Shown piece after piece: positions 53,946-61,688 of a stretch of DNA of 64,000 bases. The stretch's first letter is position 1; every line of letters begins with the position of its first letter. Origin of the DNA: Gemmatimonadota bacterium (GTDB lineage: Bacteria; Gemmatimonadota; Gemmatimonadetes; Gemmatimonadales; GWC2-71-9); assembly GCA_003222195.1 (NCBI GenBank), contig QHVB01000034.1:12974-76973 (forward strand), read 5' to 3'. Position numbers and translations under genes: made by a program. Below the pieces are notes generated by a model, which was not told the DNA's origin, searched no databases, and was given only the letters and a program-made list of their open reading frames with translations.

Positions 53946-56060
53946 ATGACCCGCATTCCCTTCCTGCTCGCCATCACCCTTCTCCAACCGGCCCTTGTCG
54001 TCGCCCAGCAAGCATCATCGCCTGCGCCTCCCGCCGACGACCCGTTCGTCTGGCTCGAGGATGTCGAAGCGGCGCGCTCGATGGAATGGGTGAATGCCAA
54101 GAACGCGGCAACCATAGCCGTCCTCGGCCGTGCGCCGCTCTATCAAACGCTCTACGATCGGCTCAAGCAGATCCTCGATTCCAAGGACAAGATCGCCTAC
54201 CCCAACGTCATGGCGAATGCGCTCTACAATTTCTGGAAGGATGCCGACCACGAGCGCGGCATTTGGCGGCGGACGACGTGGGCGAGCTATGGCACTGCGA
54301 GTCCGATATGGGAAACTGTGATCGACCTCGATTCGCTGAGCAAGGCGGAGGGCGTGACGTGGTCTTGGGGTGGCGCGGATTGCCTCGAACCTGAGTACCG
54401 CCGCTGCATCGTCGCCCTGTCGCGCGGCGGCTCGGATGCGACCGAACAGCGCGAGTTCGATGTGACGACGAAGCGATTCGTTGCCAACGGATTCACAGTG
54501 CCGGAGGCGAAGACCAGCACCACCTGGGTCGATGACAACACGCTCCTCGTCGGCACCGATTTCGGGCCTGGCAGCCTGACGACCTCCGGCTACGCGCGAA
54601 TCTTCAAGCTGTGGAAGCGCGGCACGCCGCTCTCCGCCGCGACGACACTGTTCGAGACGCCGGCGGATCATGTCGGGGGGTTTGGCTTCAGCGTCGTTTC
54701 CGGCGGCCGCCGTTACGTGGAAATCGCGGACCGCATCAACTTCTACGAAGGCGCGCAATACGTCTACGATCAGGGGAAGCTCGTCAAGATCGATATCCCC
54801 AAAGACGCCGACTACTATCAGGTCGGCGATCAGTTGATCGTGTACGTCCGCGACCCCTGGACGGTGGCGGGACACACCTGGTCGACTGGAGCGCTGGTCG
54901 CGACGTCCTTCGACAACTTCCTCGCCGGCAAGCGCGACCTCCAGCTCGTGCTGCAGCCCGGTCCGCGCGAAACGATCAATAGCGTTGCGGCGACACGCGA
55001 CTACCTCATCGTTAACGTCCTCAACAATGTGCGGGGCGAGCTCCGGCGCTATCGCTATCAGCAAGGCGCATGGAAGTCGGAAAAGGTGCCCGCCCCCGAT
55101 TTCGGCACCGTCGGTGTCGTCGCCCTGTCGCCGTACGCGAATCGCTACTTCTTCACGTTCACGAACTTCATTCAGCCAACGACACTCTATCTCGCGGAAG
55201 AGAACGGCAGCGTCGCGGAGGTCAAGCGCCTCCCGGCGATGTTCGATGCAGCCGGACTGGTCGTCGATCAGCAGGAAGCGACCTCAGCTGACGGCACGAA
55301 GATCCCGTATTTCGTCGTGCATCGCCGTGACATGAAGCGGGACGGCACCAACCCCACACTGCTCGGCGCCTACGGCGGATTCGAGATTGCCAACACACCG
55401 TCCTACAGCACCCACACCGGCGCGGCGTGGCTCGAGCGCGGCGGGGTCTACGTGCTGGCCAATATTCGGGGCGGCGGCGAGTTCGGACCGCAATGGCACC
55501 GCGCCGGACTGAAGGAGCACCGGCAGCGCATCTACGACGATTTTGCGGCGGTCTCGCAGCAGCTGATCCGGGACAGCATCACCAGCCCGCAGCATCTGGG
55601 AATCCGCGGCGGCTCGAACGGCGGCTTGTTGATGGGCGTCGCGCTCACCCAGCACCCCGAGCTCTATAACGCGGTGCTGATTCAGAATCCGCTTTTGGAT
55701 ATGAAGCGGTACAATCATCTGCTCGCCGGCGCGAGCTGGATGGCGGAGTACGGTGATCCCGACAAGCCGGAGGAGTGGGCCTACATCTCGAAGTATTCGC
55801 CGTATCAGAACCTCAGGCCGGGGACCAAATACCCGACCGTGATGTTCACGACGACGACGCGCGACGACCGCGTGCACCCTGGCCACGCCCGCAAAATGGC
55901 CGCCAAGATGGAATCGATGGGCACGCCGTTCTACTACTTCGAGAACACGGAGGGCGGACACGGCGCGGGGGTCACGAACGCGCAAGTCGCGAAGGAGCTC
56001 GCGCTCACCTACGTCTATCTGTGGCGACAGCTCGGAACGGGGATGGCGGCGATCCCGTAG
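53946..56060 (+). CDS. Secreted prolyl oligopeptidase-family serine peptidase (S9)
   Basis: Signal peptide, beta-propeller region, catalytic domain with GGSNGGLLMG nucleophile elbow and a C-terminal ..GGHG.. His region. Confidence 0.88.
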   Translation: MTRIPFLLAITLLQPALVVAQQASSPAPPADDPFVWLEDVEAARSMEWVNAKNAATIAVLGRAPLYQTLYDRLKQILDSKDKIAYPNVMANALYNFWKDADHERGIWRRTTWASYGTASPIWETVIDLDSLSKAEGVTWSWGGADCLEPEYRRCIVALSRGGSDATEQREFDVTTKRFVANGFTVPEAKTSTTWVDDNTLLVGTDFGPGSLTTSGYARIFKLWKRGTPLSAATTLFETPADHVGGFGFSVVSGGRRYVEIADRINFYEGAQYVYDQGKLVKIDIPKDADYYQVGDQLIVYVRDPWTVAGHTWSTGALVATSFDNFLAGKRDLQLVLQPGPRETINSVAATRDYLIVNVLNNVRGELRRYRYQQGAWKSEKVPAPDFGTVGVVALSPYANRYFFTFTNFIQPTTLYLAEENGSVAEVKRLPAMFDAAGLVVDQQEATSADGTKIPYFVVHRRDMKRDGTNPTLLGAYGGFEIANTPSYSTHTGAAWLERGGVYVLANIRGGGEFGPQWHRAGLKEHRQRIYDDFAAVSQQLIRDSITSPQHLGIRGGSNGGLLMGVALTQHPELYNAVLIQNPLLDMKRYNHLLAGASWMAEYGDPDKPEEWAYISKYSPYQNLRPGTKYPTVMFTTTTRDDRVHPGHARKMAAKMESMGTPFYYFENTEGGHGAGVTNAQVAKELALTYVYLWRQLGTGMAAIP

Positions 56061-56074
56061 ACCTCCTGGGCTGC

Positions 56075-56374
56075 TTAGCGAGGTCTGATGGTTCCGGTGA
56101 CCTCGACGACCACGCGGTAGCCTTCGAGGCGCGCGGGAATTTTGCGTTTCGTCTCCGGATTGGAGTCGGCCAGCAGAACCTTGATGCAGCGCTCGCCGTC
56201 GCACAACCCGACCGCCGTTCCCACGACGCCGGGAATTGCCATCAGGGAATCGGTATGGTCGACGAGCACTTCATCGATGCTCCGAGTGGCCACCGGGGCT
56301 CCCCCGCTGTGAGTGCCGGAACAGGCCGCCACCACTGCGACCAGCAGCACCGCCGCGATCAGACGTCCGATCAC
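56075..56374 (-). CDS. Mini-lipoprotein, paralog of the N-terminal pro-like domain of the adjacent protease
   Basis: GTG start shares 1 nt with the protease TAG (TAGTG). Lipobox VAVVAAC. IPGVVGTAVGLCDGERCIKVLL...VVVEVTGTIRP aligns with protease residues about 86-135 (TPGVVGTAVGFANGHAGVLLLV...VSVSVTGRIMA). Confidence 0.7.
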   Translation of the reverse strand: MIGRLIAAVLLVAVVAACSGTHSGGAPVATRSIDEVLVDHTDSLMAIPGVVGTAVGLCDGERCIKVLLADSNPETKRKIPARLEGYRVVVEVTGTIRPR

Positions 56375-59300
56375 TACTGGCGCTTCACGGTGACCGAGAA
56401 GCCGTTGCTGCTGCCATCCGGATCGTGATTCAGCGACGACTTATACACGTAGCCCGCGAGTGTGATGCCGGTGACCCCGAACGAGACCATCTTCGTCGAA
56501 CTCGGGGACGTCAGGACGACGCTGCAAATCCCACTACTGCCCACCGTCGTCGTGCACACCACGTCGGGGCCGGATCCGTTCCAGAGACCGTGGACGGTCG
56601 CGCCGGTCACGAGATTATGCCTGGAGTCGTGGACGGTGATCTGAACCGTAGCGGTCCAGGTGTTCCCGTTGATCGCGGCAAAGCCGTCGAGATTCCCCAC
56701 GTGGAGGTTCGGCGGGTTGACCGTGATCGCGATCGCGCGGGCGTTGTTGCTGGGGTTGTTGTCGGCAAACATCTGCGTCGCCGTCAGGATGTGCCCGTTC
56801 GTGGCCGCACCGGCGGTGTTCCAGTTGATGGTGCCCGTCGCACTCGCCCCCGCCGCGAGTCCGGGGAATGTCTGCGTGCCAACCGTCACATTGCCGGCCG
56901 TGCCGTCCGTCAGCACGACGGTGAAACTCGTGGTTACAGCCTGCCCTCCCACGTTCTGCACCGTGATCACCACAGGAGCCGTATCGCCTTGCGTCACCGG
57001 GCTGGGCGCGCTAATGCCCGTTAGCGCGAGATCGGCCGGGGGCGGCGCCGGAGGTGCCGGCGGTGGCGGCGGCGGGGGGGGCGGGGGGGGCGGTGGGGGC
57101 GGCGGCGGCGGCGGCGGCGGTGCCATCACCGTGATCGTCGCGGAACCCTGATTGTTGGCGGCGTTTGCGTCCGCCAGGGTCTGGGTAGCTACCAGCTGAT
57201 GTGCACCGACCGCCGCGCCCGTCGTGCTCCAATTGAATGTGCGCGTCGTGTTGCCTGCCACCGGGAGCCCAGGGATCGTCTGCGTGCCGATCGTCACTCC
57301 GGCCGTCGCATCGGTCAGGACGATATCGAAGTTGCTACTGACCGTGAGCCCGCCCACGTTCTGAACGGTGACCGCGATGGCAGCCGTACTCCCTTGCGTC
57401 ACTGACGCAGGCGCTGTCACGCCGCTCACCGCGACATCAGTCACAGGCGGAGTCTGGACGTCGATCCCGATCCCGACGCTGTTGTTCGCCGAGTTGGCGT
57501 CGGCCAGCTTCTGCGTCGCGAACAGCGTGTGACCACTGATCGCCGCGCCGGCGGTGTTCCAGTTGAACGTGCGCGTCGCGCTCACGCCCACGGCGAGACC
57601 CGAGATCGTCTGCGTGCCGAGTACCGCGTTGCCGTACGTCCCATCGGTGAGCACGACGTCGAAGCTGGTGGTGACATCCTGCCCACCCACGTTCTGCACC
57701 GTCACGACGACGGGAACGATGTCGCCCTGTGAGACGCGCGCCGGCCCGGTGACGCCGGTGACCGCGAGATCAGTCGGCGGCGGCGGCGGCGGCGGTGGCG
57801 GCGGGGGCGGCGGCGGCGGCGGCGAGGCCGGCGCAGTCACGTTGATCCCGATCCCGATGCTGTTGTTCGCCGAGTTGGCATCGGCCAGTTTCTGAGTCGC
57901 GAACAGTGTATGCCCGGTGATTGCCGCGCCGGCTGTGTTCCAGTCGAGGGTGCGGGTGACGCTCGCACCGACAGCTAGCCCTGCGATGGTCTGGGTAGCG
58001 ACTGTCGTGCCCGCCCACCCGTCAGTCAGCACCACATCGAAATTGGTCGGGACATCCTGGCCGCCCACGTTCTGCACCGTAACCACGACGTGGGCGGTGT
58101 CTCCCTGAGCCACTGAGCGGGGCCCCGTGATGCCGGTGACGGCGACATCCGTGCCGGGCGGCGGCGGCGGCGGTGGCGGCGGCGGCGGGGGCGCCGACGG
58201 TACGGTCACATTGATCCCGATTCCGATGCTGTTGTTCGCCGAATTGGCATCCGCCAGCTGCTGCGTGGCAAAGAGCGTGTGCCCAGTGATCGCCGCTCCG
58301 GCGGTGTTCCAGGGGACATCGACGGTGGTCGTCGCCCCTACAGCGAGTCCCGCCACGGTTCCCGTACCGACGGTCGGGCCGGCCCAGCCGTCGGTCAGGA
58401 TAACGGCGAAGCTCGCGCCGACGTCCACCTCCCCGACGTTCTGCACCGTGACGACGACGTGCGCCGTGTCTCCCTGCGCCACCGAGCGGGGCCCGGTGAT
58501 GCCCGTCAGAGCGATATCGGTCGGCTTGGGTGTCACCGTGACACCGAACGTGAGCCTGTTGTTCGCGGCATTGTCGTCGGACAGACTCTGCGTCGCCACG
58601 AGAGTGTGCCCGCCCAGCGCGGCGCCGGTCGTATTCCAGCTGAAGACGACCAACGTATTGGCACCAGGCACCAACCCAGCGACCGTCTGCGTGCCGAGCG
58701 TGACGCCAGCCGTCGAGTCCTGCAGGCTGACGGTGAAGCTGCTCGTGACGTTCTGATTGCCGACGTTCGCCACCGTTACGCCGATGTTGACCGTGTGTCC
58801 CACGATGACCGAACCAGCTCCAGTGAATCCCGTTACGGCAACGTCGGTGATCGGGGGAGCGACGGGGATCGTGAGTGAGCGCTGATCGTTACCGGGGCGC
58901 TGGTCCGTCAGGTTGTGGCTGGCCACGAGACTGTGGTCACCCGTGGTCGCCGGCGTCCACGCGAAGGTCAGAGTCGTACTGGCACCCGCGACCAGTCCGG
59001 CGACGGTCTGCGTACCCACGATCACGTGCGCCGTCGTGTCCTGCAGCGTGACGTCGAAGCTGGAGACGTCCTGGTTGCCGAAGTTCTTCACCGTCACCGC
59101 GATGTTGCCCGTCGTGTTTTGCACCAGCGTACTCGGCCCGCTCATACCGATCACCGCGAGGTCGGTCAGTGGGCCCGGTGGCGGCGGCGCAAAGCCGTCG
59201 ACGCTGACGCCGAAGCGGTTGAGCACGAGGTCGATCCGATTGGCGATCGTCACGGACGAGCTTCCCGCGAACAGCAGCCCGACGGGATTGAGATTCGCGT

Positions 59301-60246
59301 CGTCGGTGACGATGAGCGAGCCGGAGTCCCCGCCGCCGCTGAACGTGCCGGGCGAAATGATCAGCTGATCGACGAAGCGCGCGGTCTTGGTGCAGCTGAT
59401 TCCCGAGACTTGATAACACACGGTGACCGTAGCATTGACGCCGGTGATCTGGCCGTGCGTGAGCCGCGTGGTGCGGCCGTATTTCTGCACGTTGAGACCG
59501 AGCAGCGCGTCGCGGTTGTCGAATAAGCCATCGCCGTTGGCATCACCGTAGATCGTCGAGTTCGGCATGCCGTAGCCGTCGTCCGCGGGCACGGCGTTGT
59601 CGAGCAGATCCGTACTGGAAAGCGCGATGGCCGCGTCAATCGTGTTATTCGCGCCGCTAAAGTCGATCGCCTGGAAATCGGTGAGGGTCGCGATCTGGTC
59701 CGCTGCCGTGCCGCCGTCGTACGGACCGGGCTGATACTCCGGATCACCGATCGTGGCGCCGTTCGAGTTCGCGAGGACGTGGTTATTGGAGAGGATGTAG
59801 ACGTGTCCCAACGCATCCCGCACCCGCGCGCCGATCGTCCCGGCCGTGATCGCCGGATGCCCGACCGAGAAACCCAGCGGAGCGGGTCGCTGACGCTGGG
59901 TTGGATCGCTGAACGCCATGATGCGACCGGTGACGCTGACGCTGACTGGCACGCCATCGAGTGCCTGGGGCAGACCGGCAATTCCCGGTCGCTCGACGAG
60001 GAGCAACACGCCGGCGTGTCCGTTTGCGAACCCCACCGCCGTGCCGACGACGCCCGGAGTGTCCAGCAGCTTCGGCGAATGCCGATGCTGCGCCGCAACG
60101 GCGCTCTGGAACTCCGCGGTGAACTGCTGCCCGACATCGGGGGGGCGTGAAACAGAAGGACCGGCCGGAGAATCGCCTGTGTTGTCGAAACAGGCAGCCA
60201 TCACGAAGATGATGGCGACGCACGTCAACGTCCGGCCGGTGATCAT
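56374..60246 (-). CDS. Giant lipoprotein: pro-like domain + chymotrypsin-fold (S1-like) serine peptidase + 7 CARDB domains + C-terminal beta domain
   Basis: MITGRTLTCVAIIFVMAAC lipobox. Candidate His in ILSNNHVLAN and Ser in GGGDSGSLIV. Ca-loop-like DANGDGLFDNRD. Seven roughly 105-aa units with the pattern TD.A.TG......G....V.VTV.N.G...V...F.V.L.D. Proline runs P13, P16 and P21. Confidence 0.85.
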   Translation of the reverse strand: MITGRTLTCVAIIFVMAACFDNTGDSPAGPSVSRPPDVGQQFTAEFQSAVAAQHRHSPKLLDTPGVVGTAVGFANGHAGVLLLVERPGIAGLPQALDGVPVSVSVTGRIMAFSDPTQRQRPAPLGFSVGHPAITAGTIGARVRDALGHVYILSNNHVLANSNGATIGDPEYQPGPYDGGTAADQIATLTDFQAIDFSGANNTIDAAIALSSTDLLDNAVPADDGYGMPNSTIYGDANGDGLFDNRDALLGLNVQKYGRTTRLTHGQITGVNATVTVCYQVSGISCTKTARFVDQLIISPGTFSGGGDSGSLIVTDDANLNPVGLLFAGSSSVTIANRIDLVLNRFGVSVDGFAPPPPGPLTDLAVIGMSGPSTLVQNTTGNIAVTVKNFGNQDVSSFDVTLQDTTAHVIVGTQTVAGLVAGASTTLTFAWTPATTGDHSLVASHNLTDQRPGNDQRSLTIPVAPPITDVAVTGFTGAGSVIVGHTVNIGVTVANVGNQNVTSSFTVSLQDSTAGVTLGTQTVAGLVPGANTLVVFSWNTTGAALGGHTLVATQSLSDDNAANNRLTFGVTVTPKPTDIALTGITGPRSVAQGDTAHVVVTVQNVGEVDVGASFAVILTDGWAGPTVGTGTVAGLAVGATTTVDVPWNTAGAAITGHTLFATQQLADANSANNSIGIGINVTVPSAPPPPPPPPPPPPGTDVAVTGITGPRSVAQGDTAHVVVTVQNVGGQDVPTNFDVVLTDGWAGTTVATQTIAGLAVGASVTRTLDWNTAGAAITGHTLFATQKLADANSANNSIGIGINVTAPASPPPPPPPPPPPPPPPPTDLAVTGVTGPARVSQGDIVPVVVTVQNVGGQDVTTSFDVVLTDGTYGNAVLGTQTISGLAVGVSATRTFNWNTAGAAISGHTLFATQKLADANSANNSVGIGIDVQTPPVTDVAVSGVTAPASVTQGSTAAIAVTVQNVGGLTVSSNFDIVLTDATAGVTIGTQTIPGLPVAGNTTRTFNWSTTGAAVGAHQLVATQTLADANAANNQGSATITVMAPPPPPPPPPPPPPPPPPPPPPAPPAPPPADLALTGISAPSPVTQGDTAPVVITVQNVGGQAVTTSFTVVLTDGTAGNVTVGTQTFPGLAAGASATGTINWNTAGAATNGHILTATQMFADNNPSNNARAIAITVNPPNLHVGNLDGFAAINGNTWTATVQITVHDSRHNLVTGATVHGLWNGSGPDVVCTTTVGSSGICSVVLTSPSSTKMVSFGVTGITLAGYVYKSSLNHDPDGSSNGFSVTVKRQ
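56716..59166 (-). repeat. Tandem array of seven CARDB-coding units with poly-Pro (GGC/GGG-rich) spacers
   Basis: Unit boundaries from the protein: aa 385-487, 490-597, 599-706, 723-829, 849-956, 959-1065, 1096-1201 of the 1314-aa ORF. Units 3-5 share long identical strings. Pro linkers lie at 58156-58194, 57775-57822 and 57037-57120. Confidence 0.85.
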
Positions 60247-60289
60247 AGCGACTCCCCCAGTCCCGCCCCTGTTCAGACTGCGGGGCACG

Positions 60290-60318
60290 ATTATGGAGGC
60301 GCCGAACCACCTCGGCAA
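60290..60318 (-). promoter_or_regulatory. Possible sigma70-like promoter of the protease gene
   Basis: Minus strand: TTGCCG (60318-60313), 17-nt spacer, CATAAT (60295-60290), about 45 nt upstream of ATG 60246, with GGGGGAG as the SD. Pattern match only. Confidence 0.25.
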
Positions 60319-60351
60319 TTAGGGGGTTGAACTAGGCGCGAAGTGCTTGAA

Positions 60352-60728
60352 TTACTTGGCTTTTTTGATGGCCAGGTCTTTGGGAGCTTGAGAGCGCCAT
60401 GCTTCGGTGATGAGTGGCCGGAGCTCTATGACCGACACCGCCGGAAGACGGACGAGCACGGCAGGGAACCCCTGCAGTGGGGCTCGGTGAAGAATTTCTC
60501 GGAATCCAGACCGAGCACGAAATCTTTGTCGGCGAGGCTGGCGACGCGCACGGCGATCACCTTCGGCTGAGGCACGCGCGGCTTCTTGGGGACCACGCGC
60601 TCCATCCACACCCAGACGAATCCCTTCAGCTTGCCCTTGTTGGCCACCGAGAAAGCGAAGCGATCGCTCGCCTCCACTGTACCCGGGAGCGACAGCGCGA
60701 TGCGGCGGACGTCGGCTTGCGTTGCCAC
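60352..60728 (-). pseudogene. Frameshifted small conserved protein (MmcQ/YjbR-like, tentative)
   Basis: ORF 60426..60728 (MATQADVRRIALSLPGTVE...KFFTEPH) continues in another frame as ORF 60352..60609 (..GFPAVLVRLPAVSVIELRPLITEAWRSQAPKDL). One base appears to be missing near 60470 (ggttccct versus ggtttccct). Confidence 0.6.
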
Positions 60729-60779
60729 GAGCTCTGTCAGGTGCGCTTGCGCAAAACCGAGAAGTTGCGGACGACGACC

Positions 60780-61166
60780 TTAGTCACGCGCCGCGCCAAA
60801 ATGCGGGTTCTCGATGAGGCCGATGAGATTCCCGAATGGATCGGCCACGGTCGCAACGCGAATGCCCTCTCCGACGTCTTGCGCTGGCGACTTGAGCGTC
60901 GCGCCGGCGCGTACAAACTGTTCCACGGCGTCGTCCAGTTTGGGCACGCCCCAATAGGCGACGACGCCGCCCGCGCCAGGTTTTGTGCCCTTGGTGTCGG
61001 GATCCAAGCCGAGCTCGAAGCCTCCGATGTTGAAGCCCACGTAAAAGGGCTCATCGAAGTACGGGGCCACACCGAATGCCGCGCTATACCAGCCTTTGGC
61101 GCGCTGCAGATCGGCAACCTTATAGATGACAGTGCGCAGGCCGAGGACCATGCTTACTCCGAGCAA
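60780..61166 (-). CDS. VOC (glyoxalase/bleomycin-resistance/dioxygenase) family protein
   Basis: 128 aa. Paired beta-alpha-beta-beta-beta pattern. ...VATVADPFGNLIGLIENP typical C-terminus. Confidence 0.75.
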   Translation of the reverse strand: MLGVSMVLGLRTVIYKVADLQRAKGWYSAAFGVAPYFDEPFYVGFNIGGFELGLDPDTKGTKPGAGGVVAYWGVPKLDDAVEQFVRAGATLKSPAQDVGEGIRVATVADPFGNLIGLIENPHFGAARD

Positions 61167-61245
61167 AGGCGAGGAACTCCACGACGAATGCGGACGGAGT
61201 AGAACTTGCCGTCCACGAGGACCTTTTCGAGAGTGCTATGAGGTT

Positions 61246-61632
61246 TCAGAGCGTATGCCCGAAACAGAGGCGGTATCCATTGCAGTCTTCGACGTCAAAG
61301 TCCCGGCACCCGTACGGCTGATCACAGACATCCCGCACGACCTTTACGCCTTTCGACTTGAACTCGGCATGCAGCGCATCGGCATCATCGATCCAGACGT
61401 ACGTGTCCCACGCCCCGCCTTCGGGATCGACGACGTGATTGGGGCGCATCTTTCCCGACGTGTCGAGCTGTGCCAGCATAATGATGATGCCGGCACGCTT
61501 GACCATACAAAAAGACGGCGGGTCGTTCCAGAAGCGCTCGTAGCGAAAGCCAAGCTTGTCGCGGTAGTAGTTCGCGGTTTTCACCACATCGTCGACGATG
61601 AAGTACGGAGCAAGGCTCCAGCGCTCATCCAC
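61246..61632 (-). CDS. VOC family protein (bleomycin-resistance-like)
   Basis: 128 aa. YYRDKLGF...DPEGGAWDTYVWIDDADALHAEFKSKGVKV...QPYGCRDFDVEDCNGYRLCFG. Confidence 0.75.
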   Translation of the reverse strand: MDERWSLAPYFIVDDVVKTANYYRDKLGFRYERFWNDPPSFCMVKRAGIIIMLAQLDTSGKMRPNHVVDPEGGAWDTYVWIDDADALHAEFKSKGVKVVRDVCDQPYGCRDFDVEDCNGYRLCFGHTL

Positions 61633-61688
61633 GTGTCTGCACCGTTGACAAAGGCTTGTACAATGAAGGCGGTGCGCATGGTTGCATT

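Noticed and set aside
57037-58194. Regularly spaced GGC-rich blocks that could be mistaken for a CRISPR or VNTR locus
   Set aside because: They are the poly-proline linkers between CARDB domains of one continuous ORF. The 'spacers' are homologous protein-domain units, not unique sequences, and no cas genes are nearby.
61644-61663. TTGACA ... TACAAT on the plus strand
   Set aside because: The hexamers are consensus-like, but the spacer is only 8 nt and there is no plus-strand gene downstream. Likely a chance occurrence in a locally AT-richer gap.
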